This document shows positions 21,876 to 31,440 of a DNA stretch of 64,000 bases, piece by piece (position 1 is the stretch's first letter; every line of letters begins with the position of its first letter). A model generated the notes under the pieces. It saw nothing but the letters and a program-made list of their open reading frames with translations, was not told where the DNA came from and did not search any database. The position numbers were made by a program, and so were the translations under genes. This DNA comes from Escherichia coli (GTDB lineage: Bacteria > Pseudomonadota > Gammaproteobacteria > Enterobacterales > Enterobacteriaceae): assembly GCF_022846255.1 (NCBI RefSeq), contig NZ_AP025682.1. One strand, 5' to 3'.

Positions 21876-22570
21876 TGCAGATCCTCAAAGTGATCGGCCT
21901 GTTGATGGAGTATCCGGACGAGCTGTTATGGGAATGTAAGGAGGACGCGCTGGCGTTGATCCGCCGCGACGCACCGATGCTTACGGATTTTACCCGCAAC
22001 CTGCTTAACGCGCCGCTGCTGGATAAACAGGCCGAATGGTGCGAAGTGTTTGACCGTGGACGTACCACATCGCTGCTGCTGTTCGAACATGTTCATGCCG
22101 AGTCCCGCGATCGCGGCCAGGCAATGGTGGACCTGCTGGCGGAGTATGAAAAGGTCGGTCTGCAACTGAATTGTAGGGAACTGCCCGATTATCTACCGCT
22201 GTATCTGGAGTATTTAAGCGTACTTCCGGACGATCAGTCGAAAGAAGGATTACTCAACGTTGCGCCGATCCTCGCCCTGCTTGGCGGACGCTTAAAACAA
22301 CGCGAGGCACCGTGGTACGCGTTATTTGACGCCCTGTTGCAACTGGCAGGAAGCCCTCTGTCAAGTGACAGCGTCACAAAACAGATTCGCAGTGAAGAGC
22401 GTGACGACACCCGCCAGGCGCTGGATGCCGTGTGGGAAGAAGAACAGGTGAAGTTTATTGAAGATAACGCCACGGCGTGTGACAGCTCGCCGCTTAATCA
22501 ATATCAGCGACGCTTTAGCCAGGATGTCGCGCCGCAGTATGTCGACATCAGTGCGGGAGGTGGGAAATGA
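21875..22570 (+). CDS. narW: nitrate reductase Z assembly chaperone (delta)
   Basis: 231 aa immediately after narY, NarJ-like. Confidence 0.9.
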   Translation: MQILKVIGLLMEYPDELLWECKEDALALIRRDAPMLTDFTRNLLNAPLLDKQAEWCEVFDRGRTTSLLLFEHVHAESRDRGQAMVDLLAEYEKVGLQLNCRELPDYLPLYLEYLSVLPDDQSKEGLLNVAPILALLGGRLKQREAPWYALFDALLQLAGSPLSSDSVTKQIRSEERDDTRQALDAVWEEEQVKFIEDNATACDSSPLNQYQRRFSQDVAPQYVDISAGGGK

Positions 22571-23247
22571 TTCAGTATCTGAACGTCTTTTTTTACGATA
22601 TCTACCCGTACTTGTGTGGCACGGTTTTTATCCTTGGAAGCTGGCTGCGCTACGATTACGGGCAGTATACCTGGCGTGCCGCCTCCAGCCAGATGCTGGA
22701 TAAACGCGGGATGGTGCTATGGTCGAACTTGTTCCATATCGGCATTCTGGGGATCTTCTTCGGTCATCTGTTCGGCATGTTAACGCCGCACTGGATGTAC
22801 GCGTGGTTTCTGCCGGTGGCGGTAAAACAGCAGATGGCGATGATCCTCGGCGGAATATGCGGGGTATTGACGCTGATTGGCGGTGCGGGGCTACTGGTGC
22901 GTCGTTTAACAAATCCGCGTATCAGGGTGACGTCTTCTGGTGCGGATATCCTGATCCTCGCCATTTTGTTAATTCAGTGCATTCTTGGGTTAACCACCAT
23001 TCCTTTTTCAGCACAACATCCGGACGGCAGTGAAATGATGAAGCTGGTGGGCTGGGCGCAAAGCATTGTCACTTTCCAGGGCGGTGCATCTACGCATCTT
23101 GATGGTGTCGCCTTTATATTCCGCGTTCATCTGGTGCTTGGAATGACCATCTTCCTGCTCTTCCCGTTCACCCGACTGGTGCATGTCTGGAGCGCGCCGT
23201 TTGAGTACTTTACTCGTCGGTATCAGATTGTGCGTTCGCGGCGTTAA
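22567..23247 (+). CDS. narV: respiratory nitrate reductase Z gamma subunit (cytochrome b)
   Basis: 226-aa membrane protein, 4-nt overlap with narW. Confidence 0.95.
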   Translation: MIQYLNVFFYDIYPYLCGTVFILGSWLRYDYGQYTWRAASSQMLDKRGMVLWSNLFHIGILGIFFGHLFGMLTPHWMYAWFLPVAVKQQMAMILGGICGVLTLIGGAGLLVRRLTNPRIRVTSSGADILILAILLIQCILGLTTIPFSAQHPDGSEMMKLVGWAQSIVTFQGGASTHLDGVAFIFRVHLVLGMTIFLLFPFTRLVHVWSAPFEYFTRRYQIVRSRR

Positions 23248-23326
23248 TTCTCACGCGGGCCGGATAGCCCTTCGCTCTCCGGCCACTTGCAGGCTATGAT
23301 AGTTCTCCAGCCACAGGAGAACATTA

Positions 23327-24220
23327 ATGAAACCGCAGGTTTACCACGTCGATGCTTTTACCTCTCAACCGTTTCGCGGCAATTCTGCCGGTGTTGTTTT
23401 CCCCGCCGATAATCTCAGTGAAGCGCAAATGCAGCTTATCGCCCGCGAGTTAGGTCATTCGGAAACTGCTTTTCTGCTGCACAGAGACGACAGCGATGTG
23501 CGCATCCGCTACTTTACGCCAACGGTTGAAGTTCCGATTTGTGGTCACGCGACAGTAGCTGCGCACTATGTACGTGCAAAGGTGTTAGGTTTAGGAAATT
23601 GCACGGTCTGGCAAACATCGCTGGCAGGAAAACATCGCGTGACTATCGAAAAGCACAACGATGATTATCGTATTTCGCTGGAACAAGGTACGCCGGGCTT
23701 TGAGCCACCGCTGGAAGGTGAAACACGTGCGGCGATTATCAACGCGCTTCATCTCACTGAAGACGATATTCTGCCAGGCTTGCCAATTCAGGTGGCAACC
23801 ACAGGACACTCAAAAGTGATGATCCCACTGAAACCGGAAGTGGATATCGACGCCCTTTCGCCTGACCTTAATGCGCTGACCGCTATCAGCAAACAGATTG
23901 GCTGCAATGGTTTCTTCCCGTTCCAGATCCGCCCAGACAAAAACGAAACCGACGGTCGTATGTTCTCGCCTGCCATTGGTATTGTGGAAGATCCGGTGAC
24001 TGGCAATGCCAATGGCCCGATGGGTGCATGGTTAGTACATCACAACGTATTGCCCCACGATGGCAACGTGTTGCGTGTTAAAGGCCATCAGGGGCGCGCA
24101 TTAGGGCGTGACGGCGTGATTGAAGTGACGGTGACAATTCGTGATAACCAACCGGAGAAAGTCACCATTTCTGGCGTGGCGGTGATTTTGTTTCATGCCG
24201 AATGGGCAATTGAACTCTGA
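23327..24220 (+). CDS. yddE: PhzF-family isomerase-like protein
   Basis: 297 aa matching remembered YddE. Confidence 0.9.
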   Translation: MKPQVYHVDAFTSQPFRGNSAGVVFPADNLSEAQMQLIARELGHSETAFLLHRDDSDVRIRYFTPTVEVPICGHATVAAHYVRAKVLGLGNCTVWQTSLAGKHRVTIEKHNDDYRISLEQGTPGFEPPLEGETRAAIINALHLTEDDILPGLPIQVATTGHSKVMIPLKPEVDIDALSPDLNALTAISKQIGCNGFFPFQIRPDKNETDGRMFSPAIGIVEDPVTGNANGPMGAWLVHHNVLPHDGNVLRVKGHQGRALGRDGVIEVTVTIRDNQPEKVTISGVAVILFHAEWAIEL

Positions 24221-24227
24221 AACCGTT

Positions 24228-24304
24228 GCCTGATGCGCTTCGCTTATCAGGTCTACAACCGGGCTAATGTAGGCCGGATAAGGCGTTTACGCCACATCCG
24301 GCAA
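24228..24304. repeat. BIME / paired REP elements between convergent yddE and nhoA
   Basis: gcctgatgcgcttcgcttatcaggtctac followed by gtaggccggataaggcgtttacgccacatccggcaa, classic REP consensus. Confidence 0.6.
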
Positions 24305-24315
24305 CCTGACATAAA

Positions 24316-25161
24316 TTATTTTCCCGCCTCCGGGTGCGTATCAAACGCCGCCATCACCAGCGCTAACTCATCCACAGTAAAGCCATGTTTCGCATCATCT
24401 ACGCCCAGACCAAACTGTTCCTGCATCACGGCATATAACGACGCCACATCTGGTAGATTTCGCTGCTCAACTGCGTGCCCATTTTCATAATGGGTAAAAT
24501 GAAAATTGGTCAGCGTTAGCTTGCCACCGTCCGGCAAATGGCGACACATCAGCAAATGATGGCGAAAATGCGACTGCGGCCAGTGCGCCGACCAGAAATT
24601 GCCCATCACATAATCGCTTTGTTGCTGCTCGCAGAGATCAAAACGGTACATCGACTGCCAGTGCTGATGATGATTAAACTGCAACACCCAATCATCACCC
24701 TCCTGCAACAACCGATACTCTCCGTGTGGCGTGGTTTGCATGATATCCGGCATTAAACGAATCGGCGCGGTTAGCGTCTGCCCACCGAAACCGACATCAG
24801 CAATCCATTTTTCCCCTTCCAGTTCCACCAACAGCAAACGATGGGTGCGCGGCGGTAATGCTGGCGGATTTGATAACACTACGCGCCCTAACAAGCTGCG
24901 AACGTTAAACCCCAGCTCGCGTAACACCCGCTCAAACACGCCATTCTGCTCAAAACAGTAACCACCACGACGGGCTATCACCAGTTTCTCTTCCAGCGAT
25001 TGATCATCAAGCTGTATTTCCCTCGGCAGCAAAACGTCGAGATTTTCAAACGGAATGGTGCAATTGTGTTTCAGGTGCAATGCACGCAGCGTATCAATAT
25101 TGGCCGCAGCAGCTCCCAACCAGTTAATACGGGCAAAATAATGATTCAGAATGGGCGTCAT
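24316..25161 (-). CDS. nhoA: arylamine N-acetyltransferase / N-hydroxyarylamine O-acetyltransferase
   Basis: 281 aa, NAT family. Confidence 0.95.
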   Translation of the reverse strand: MTPILNHYFARINWLGAAAANIDTLRALHLKHNCTIPFENLDVLLPREIQLDDQSLEEKLVIARRGGYCFEQNGVFERVLRELGFNVRSLLGRVVLSNPPALPPRTHRLLLVELEGEKWIADVGFGGQTLTAPIRLMPDIMQTTPHGEYRLLQEGDDWVLQFNHHQHWQSMYRFDLCEQQQSDYVMGNFWSAHWPQSHFRHHLLMCRHLPDGGKLTLTNFHFTHYENGHAVEQRNLPDVASLYAVMQEQFGLGVDDAKHGFTVDELALVMAAFDTHPEAGK

Positions 25162-25335
25162 CAGGCGTTTCCCTTAGTGGTTTTCTCAACTTATAACCTG
25201 GAATAGACGCCGCACTGGCTATTTTGTGCGATCGCGGACATGCATCACGTTCGCAAATCGCCAATCCCGTTAATTTCGTTACTTATTGCGTTACGAGCTA
25301 CGCTTTTAAAACACCCTTCATAGCGAGGCGATATC

Positions 25336-25905
25336 GTGAGCCGATTCATCCCTGTCGAATTACACCATGCCAGCCGTCTGTTAAATCATGGCCCAACTGT
25401 CTTGATCACCAGTTTCGATGAGCAATCCCAGCGGCGTAACATTATGGCAGCAGCCTGGTCAATGCCGGTGGAGTTTGAACCGCCACGCGTGGCGATTGTG
25501 GTAGATAAATCGACATGGACCAGGGAGTTGATTGAACGTAACGGTAAGTTTGGCATCGTTATCCCGGGCGTTGCGGCGACTAACTGGACGTGGGCGGTGG
25601 GAAGTGTGTCGGGGCGTGATGAAGATAAGTTTAATTGCTATGGTATTCCGGTTGTGAAAGGTCCGGTGCTTGGTTTGCCGCTGGTCGAGGAAAAATGTCT
25701 GGCGTGGATGGAGTGTCGCCTGCTACCTGCAACTTCCGCGCAAGAAAAATACGATACGCTATTTGGCGAAGTGGTATCTGCAGCGGCAGACGCACGAGTA
25801 TTTGTCGAAGGCCGCTGGCAGTTTGATGATGACAAACTCAATACGTTGCATCATTTAGGTGCTGGCACGTTTGTTACCAGCGGCAAGCGTGTTACGGCAG
25901 GTTAA
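25336..25905 (+). CDS. yddH: flavin reductase-like domain protein
   Basis: 189 aa matching remembered YddH. Confidence 0.85.
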   Translation: MSRFIPVELHHASRLLNHGPTVLITSFDEQSQRRNIMAAAWSMPVEFEPPRVAIVVDKSTWTRELIERNGKFGIVIPGVAATNWTWAVGSVSGRDEDKFNCYGIPVVKGPVLGLPLVEEKCLAWMECRLLPATSAQEKYDTLFGEVVSAAADARVFVEGRWQFDDDKLNTLHHLGAGTFVTSGKRVTAG

Positions 25906-25908
25906 GCA

Positions 25909-26136
25909 TTACATGCTGTAACCGGGTTTCTTTATCAAAGCCTCCATTTGGGGCTCGACTTCGGCATCCCAGATAGCTTGCCAAGATTCTGGTTGAATCT
26001 GCTGTAGAGAAATGCTTATCGAGCTATCTTTACTGTTCAGATGGCGAATAATAACGTCGGTAATATCTGCAGCAAGTGCTGCTTTTTGTTGTTCGTCCAG
26101 TTCACGCGGAAAACATTTAATGTCTATGTGCGGCAT
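25909..26136 (-). CDS. pptA: tautomerase (4-oxalocrotonate tautomerase family)
   Basis: 75-aa product [16 protein letters not shown]... with the N-terminal Pro typical of tautomerases; start placed by codon arithmetic from the 88-aa track ORF. Confidence 0.85.
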   Translation of the reverse strand: MPHIDIKCFPRELDEQQKAALAADITDVIIRHLNSKDSSISISLQQIQPESWQAIWDAEVEPQMEALIKKPGYSM

Positions 26137-26441
26137 GATTGTGCTCCTTTTGAAAGATGTCAGTAAAATTAACACACGTTGTGAATGTCGTGTGTCCGGT
26201 AATGCGTTTTTACGGCAATAATGCCTACTTGAAATTGTACATATTTGTACTACACACTTTTAAATAAAGCGCCAATGAAAACGTTAACTTGCAGAATATA
26301 TTCTTCGCCAACATGCCATTAAGAAAACATCAAGTTCCCGGCTTGCCAATTTGTTAACGCCCATTATAGTTATTCTTGCCCTCACTAAAAATTTTCATCC
26401 GTAATTACCCCCAATAAAAATCCATTCTGGAGACGCTTAAG

Positions 26442-28418
26442 ATGCAGCTTAATCATATCGTTAAAAGTCTGCTAATAACGGGATTATTCACCACCAGTTC
26501 TTTACCTCTCCTCGCGGCGGAAGCTCCTAAAGACGCCACCGCAGCCACGCAACAAGCAAACAATTTACTCTACAACCAGTTGCCGTTTGCCGATAACACT
26601 GACTTTACTGATGCCCATAAAGGTTTTATTGCCCCTATCCCTCAAGACGTGATTAAGGGCGAACAAGGGAATGTTATCTGGGATCCACAACATTACGCTT
26701 TTATCAAAGAAGGCGATAAAGCCCCTGATACGGTGAATCCGAGTTTATGGCGTCAGGCGCAACTGATAAATATCAGCGGGTTATTCGAAGTAACTGAAGG
26801 TGTCTATCAGATTCGCAATCTCGATCTATCAAATATGACCATCATTGAAGGCAAAGAGGGTATTACCGTCGTTGATCCCCTTGTTTCAGCAGAAACAGCC
26901 AAAGTGGGTATGGATCTCTATTACAAAAATCGCGGCAAAAAACCGGTAGTGGCGGTTATCTATACACACAGTCATGTCGATCACTACGGTGGTGTTCGTG
27001 GCGTAATTGATGAAGCTGACGTTAAATCAGGCAAAGTTAAAATCTATGCGCCAGCCGGATTTTTGGAGGAAGCCGTTTCCGAAAACATCATGGCTGGCAA
27101 TGTTATGAGCCGACGAGCCAGTTATATGTATGGCAACTTATTGAAACCTGATGTTAAAGGCCAGGTGGGGGCTGGACTGGGAACGACTACTTCAGCAGGA
27201 ACAGTCACGTTGATTGCTCCTACTAACTACATCACCAAAACCGGACAAATAGAAACTATTGACGGGTTGACTTATGATTTCCTGATGGCGCCAGGTTCTG
27301 AAGCGCCTTCTGAAATGCTGTGGTTTATTGAAGAAAAGAAACTGATCGAAACCGCTGAAGATGTCACGCACACCCTTCATAACACCTATTCGCTGCGTGG
27401 GGCTAAAATTCGCCAACCGCTGCCGTGGTCAAAATATATTAATGAAGCTCTCAATTTGTGGGGTGATAAAGCCGAGATTATTCTCGCTCAACATCACTGG
27501 CCAACCTGGGGCAACGATAACGTGGTCAAACTGCTTAAAAGCCAGCGTGATTTGTATCGTTACATCAATGATCAAACTCTGCGCATGGCTAATCAAGGGA
27601 TGACCCGTGATGAAATTGCCGCAAACTTTAAACTGCCCTCTTCACTGGCTAACACCTGGGCGAATCGCGGCTATTACGGTTCGGTAAGTCATGACGTGAA
27701 AGCAACTTACGTGCTTTATCTCGGCTGGTTTGATGGTAACCCCGCGACGCTTGATGAACTGCCGCCAGAAGAAGGCGCAAAAAAATTCGTCGAGTATATG
27801 GGCGGTGCTGATGCCATTTTACAGAAAGCCAAACAGGATTATGACCAGGGTAATTTCCGCTGGGTTGCCCAAGTTGTTAGTAAGGTGGTGTTTGCCGATC
27901 CAAACAACCAGGCAGCGAGAGATCTGGAAGCTGATGCGCTTGAGCAGTTAGGCTATCAGGCTGAATCTGGGCCGTGGCGTAATTTCTATCTCACTGGTGC
28001 ACAGGAATTGCGTAATGGCGTACAAAAATTACCAACACCAAATACTGCCAGCCCAGACACCGTGCGTGCGATGACGCCGGAGATGTTCTTTGATTATCTT
28101 GCCGTCCATATTAATGGTGAGAAAGCGGCAGATGCCAAAACCGTGTTGAATTTCGATTTTGGTGAAGATGGCGGCACCTATAAAGTGGAGCTTGAAAATG
28201 GTGTTCTCAATCATACCGCTGGTGTAGAGGCTTCGGATGCTGATGCCACTATCACTCTGTCTCGTGATGTATTGAACAAAATTGTACTGAAAGAAGAGAC
28301 GCTGAAAGAAGCCACGGCCAAAGGAGATGTCAAAATTACTGGCAATGCGGAAAAACTCAACGAGCTGTTAGGTTATATGGATAATTTTGAATTTTGGTTC
28401 AATATAGTGACACCATAA
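26442..28418 (+). CDS. secreted alkyl/aryl-sulfatase-like metallo-beta-lactamase-fold hydrolase
   Basis: 658 aa with N-terminal signal peptide (..SLPLLAAEAP) and metal-binding motif HSHVDHYGG; SdsA1/YjcS-like architecture; not at this position in K-12 as I recall. Confidence 0.75.
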   Translation: MQLNHIVKSLLITGLFTTSSLPLLAAEAPKDATAATQQANNLLYNQLPFADNTDFTDAHKGFIAPIPQDVIKGEQGNVIWDPQHYAFIKEGDKAPDTVNPSLWRQAQLINISGLFEVTEGVYQIRNLDLSNMTIIEGKEGITVVDPLVSAETAKVGMDLYYKNRGKKPVVAVIYTHSHVDHYGGVRGVIDEADVKSGKVKIYAPAGFLEEAVSENIMAGNVMSRRASYMYGNLLKPDVKGQVGAGLGTTTSAGTVTLIAPTNYITKTGQIETIDGLTYDFLMAPGSEAPSEMLWFIEEKKLIETAEDVTHTLHNTYSLRGAKIRQPLPWSKYINEALNLWGDKAEIILAQHHWPTWGNDNVVKLLKSQRDLYRYINDQTLRMANQGMTRDEIAANFKLPSSLANTWANRGYYGSVSHDVKATYVLYLGWFDGNPATLDELPPEEGAKKFVEYMGGADAILQKAKQDYDQGNFRWVAQVVSKVVFADPNNQAARDLEADALEQLGYQAESGPWRNFYLTGAQELRNGVQKLPTPNTASPDTVRAMTPEMFFDYLAVHINGEKAADAKTVLNFDFGEDGGTYKVELENGVLNHTAGVEASDADATITLSRDVLNKIVLKEETLKEATAKGDVKITGNAEKLNELLGYMDNFEFWFNIVTP

Positions 28419-28432
28419 ATTTACTGCATACC

Positions 28433-28455
28433 GGGCAGGTATCCTGCCCTTTTTT
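28433..28455 (+). terminator. Rho-independent terminator after the sulfatase gene
   Basis: gggcagg-tat-cctgccc hairpin followed by a T6 run. Confidence 0.6.
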
Positions 28456-28464
28456 GGTTAAAAA

Positions 28465-29562
28465 ATGGCTGAACGAAGAAAAACGCATCACTCATGGAAA
28501 ACCCGCCGCGATATGGTTATTCGCGGCATGACGATTAGTTTGCCATGGTTTGCTTTTATCAATGTCAGTTTTGCATTGATAATTTTGCTGCGCCGTGTTC
28601 TGTTTAATGACCTTACTCCACCCTGGTTAAATGAAAAAAGCCTTATACATTCTATTGATATATCTGCAACGGGTATTCTGCTGATTTGCAGTGGTTTACT
28701 ACTCATCCCTCGGCAAAAAACATTACCTATCCAGGTGCTATTAGTTGCCCTGAGCCTGCTATGGTCATGGTGTAGTTATCACTTTATTGCGTACTGGACG
28801 CTGCAGTTTGCTTATCCACTATGTGTATTATTAATGCTTAGTGGCGTTGTCGCACTTTATTTCCATACCCCATCATTGCTCGCATTTGTCATTCCCTTAT
28901 GGTTCACCACTCCAATAGCGAGTCTTATGCTTAATCAACAGATCAATATTCATTTTGCTGTTGTATGGTGTATTTTTTCACTGGCGCTATATGGTGGGCG
29001 ACTCATTTTGTTACGTTGGTTTGAAGAAGCATGGGTACAAAACAGTTATAACAACCAGTTAATTAATCGCCTTGATGCATTAGCACATCGCGATCCTTTA
29101 ACTGGGATAGCAAACCGACGTGCAATGAACAGTATCTTACACGACGCGATGGATAACGGCGGGTCATTTGCTCTTATTATGCTGGATGTCGATTTTTTTA
29201 AACGTTACAACGACACTTACGGGCATCCTGCTGGGGATCGTTGTCTAATACAAGTTGCCGACGCTCTACAGCGTTCAACTCGCCAGTCGGAGGATGTTGT
29301 TGTCCGTTATGGTGGCGAAGAGTTTGCCATCATACTTTTTAATGCAACATTGCCGGAAGCAGAGACGGTAGCAGCCAGAGTGAAGCAAGAACTTAAACTG
29401 GCAGCTATCCCACATCAGGCATCTGCTGTTAATGCATTCGTTACGGTTAGTCAGGGGATTACCTGTTCTGCTCCCGCAAAAACGGCTGAACAAATTATTT
29501 CAGATGCCGACGCTGCGTTATACCGGGCGAAAGAAAGTGGGCGAAATCGATGGGCTTTATAA
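28465..29562 (+). CDS. membrane-anchored diguanylate cyclase (GGDEF domain)
   Basis: 365 aa: about 190-aa N-terminal region with several predicted TM helices, then GGDEF domain with active-site RYGGEEF; precise start codon uncertain (several in-frame Met). Confidence 0.8.
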   Translation: MAERRKTHHSWKTRRDMVIRGMTISLPWFAFINVSFALIILLRRVLFNDLTPPWLNEKSLIHSIDISATGILLICSGLLLIPRQKTLPIQVLLVALSLLWSWCSYHFIAYWTLQFAYPLCVLLMLSGVVALYFHTPSLLAFVIPLWFTTPIASLMLNQQINIHFAVVWCIFSLALYGGRLILLRWFEEAWVQNSYNNQLINRLDALAHRDPLTGIANRRAMNSILHDAMDNGGSFALIMLDVDFFKRYNDTYGHPAGDRCLIQVADALQRSTRQSEDVVVRYGGEEFAIILFNATLPEAETVAARVKQELKLAAIPHQASAVNAFVTVSQGITCSAPAKTAEQIISDADAALYRAKESGRNRWAL

Positions 29563-29589
29563 GCATTAGGGGACTGGACAGATTACGTC

Positions 29590-30328
29590 TCTCCTCGCTT
29601 AACAAGGGCTGACGGAGGGTAATAATTGTCTATAGCTATCTTCTTAGCGATGTCTTTCTGGTATCACATTGGATCGGTGCAATTATTTTTCCTTTAATAC
29701 CCATTATGTTAAGAAATTCAGAACCAGCTGTAATCTCATTGTTTTTTTCATTCGTCTTGATCTTCCAAGGAATCTGACTGTGCATTATTGAGAACACACT
29801 AATAACGTGAATCGCTCCCTTGCGACGACTCTTGTCATAAGAGTACCGGAGCGTTTTTCCATCAATTGCAATGACGTCTTTATCATCTGAAGAATGGCAG
29901 TCAAGCATCCAGTTAATAAAGCACTCATGAAATTTTTCAGGACTGATACAGGATACAACTCTGGCAATGGTATCGTGAACAGGAATACCATTATCAAAAT
30001 CACCATATTGCTTCAAAAAATCGAGATGTGTTTCCCCAAAATCCTCTATATCTTCCCAGCCTTCTGCACCCGAAATAACGACACAAATAGTCAACAGTAG
30101 AATATCCGATAATTTATGCTCCACTTTCCAGGCTTGTCTGTAATCGGGGATAATAGAAATATGTTCCATCAATTTTTTAAGTTCCATTTTGTTCTCCTTA
30201 ATTATGTAAAGAGTATTTGATCATGTATAAGCAATAAAAAACAGCTTTAGGTAATGAGGAATATCTCAATTTTTAAACATAAAATGCGAATTATTTAGTA
30301 CAAAAAAGCAGCGTTACGTGATCTTTCC
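29590..30328 (-). mobile_element. truncated, diverged ISAs1-family (H-repeat) element copy
   Basis: 183-aa ORF (29636..30187) is similar but not identical to the N-terminal part of the H-repeat transposase at 31727..32554, then diverges; its 5' flank (about 30190..30328) repeats 32560..32695. Confidence 0.6.
29636..30187 (-). pseudogene. ISAs1-family transposase, truncated copy
   Basis: N-terminal about 150 aa align with the second copy, C-terminal tail diverges and terminates early. Confidence 0.65.
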
Positions 30329-30348
30329 ATGGAAAAGAGAGTAATACA

Positions 30349-30364
30349 CTGATTTTTAACGCAG
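30349..30364 (+). promoter_or_regulatory. candidate LexA (SOS) box upstream of the symE-like gene
   Basis: CTG-N10-CAG (ctgatttttaacgcag) with AT-rich spacer about 65 bp upstream of the ATG; deviates from CTGT/ACAG at two conserved positions; K-12 symE is SOS-regulated. Confidence 0.25.
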
Positions 30365-30427
30365 ATTGCCAGTGCTACCAACACTGACAATCTGCTCACC
30401 ACAAGCAACTAACAGAGGTAGTTAATC

Positions 30428-30747
30428 ATGGCTGAACACGATATTACGCCAGAAGTCGCCATTTCCAAAACACAGCGCCGCTATAAAGTCGGCTATGTCA
30501 GAGCCCGCCACATAAACAGCAAACCACGTACTACTCACGACACCCCAGCCTGAACCTTAAGGGCGACTGGCTGAAAGAGGCCGGATTTGATACCGGACGG
30601 GGTGTCACGGTGAAGATTTCGGAGGGGTGCCTGACCATCATCGCTGACAGTGACGAGGTGCAGGAACTGCGGGAGGAACTTTATCAGGTTAAACAGGTGG
30701 TTAAGGGGATGCGGAACGGGATGTTTAGTGTGCTGAACGAGAATTAA
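30428..30747 (+). pseudogene. symE-like type I toxin gene (AbrB-fold), apparently frameshifted
   Basis: 41 codons from ATG 30428 (MAEHDITPEVAISKTQRRYKVGYVRARHINSKP...) end at TGA about 30551; the SymE core LNLKGDWLKEAGFDTGRGVTVKISEGCLTII... continues in the -1 frame to TAA about 30745; restoring one C near 30550 would fuse them. Confidence 0.6.
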
Positions 30748-30797
30748 ATAATAAAAAAGCCGGGGAGATTTAAAATCTTCCCGGCTTTCTTTATCAT

Positions 30798-31100
30798 CTA
30801 AAAAGGTAATAATCCTCTAATAGGAGAAAATTTTGTAATATCAATACCTTGTAATTTAAAGTAATTAAAAGCATCTTCTATATTGGAAAACGCACTAATT
30901 TCTTCAGTTGCATAATCTTCGAACACTTCCATTTTATTTTCTGGTATTTTGAAAAAATAGGTATTGTATTTTTCATCCTGTTTTTTAATGGCATATTGGA
31001 AAAAATAACTTTCACCATTTATTTCCTTTATCTCATCAAAACCTCTAACCTTACCATTCTCTATAGCAACAATTAATTTTTCAATAGACAAATCAACCAT
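30798..31100 (-). CDS. putative immunity protein for the upstream toxin-like ORF
   Basis: 100-aa acidic, low-GC ORF; its ATG overlaps the stop of the upstream ORF (ATGgtTGA), the usual toxin-immunity arrangement; no sequence family recognised. Confidence 0.45.
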   Translation of the reverse strand: MVDLSIEKLIVAIENGKVRGFDEIKEINGESYFFQYAIKKQDEKYNTYFFKIPENKMEVFEDYATEEISAFSNIEDAFNYFKLQGIDITKFSPIRGLLPF

Positions 31101-31440
31101 CTATATCTATCCTCACCATTGTCCCATCAGAACGTTTAATATTTATATGAGGCAAAGAACCATGCCCTGTGCCTTTATGGTCATCATGACCATATACACG
31201 ACCAGTATTAGAATCAATAGGGTAATCTTTCCTATAACGGACAGTACCATCTCTTTTCTTAAATTGTTCCATCTTATGTTTTTTTCTAATACCGGCGGCA
31301 TCCTGCGAACTGATCCCTCTTACTTTTTGAGCATCAGGAAAGGCCTCCATCAATAAATCATGGGCTTCCTGTTTTGATTTAACTGTGACAACGGTTCCTT
31401 GAGGCCCCAGGGCAAGATTACGAAAGCCCGCTCCCCGCAA
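31093..31440 (-). CDS. putative orphan polymorphic-toxin C-terminal domain (3' fragment of an IS-disrupted gene)
   Basis: Track ORF begins inside the ISAs1 end with a TTG; first ATG gives [10 protein letters not shown]... (about 31350); C-terminal His-rich motif [21 protein letters not shown] is reminiscent of HNH/beta-beta-alpha-Me nuclease toxins; low GC. Confidence 0.4.
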   Translation of the reverse strand: MRGAGFRNLALGPQGTVVTVKSKQEAHDLLMEAFPDAQKVRGISSQDAAGIRKKHKMEQFKKRDGTVRYRKDYPIDSNTGRVYGHDDHKGTGHGSLPHINIKRSDGTMVRIDIDG

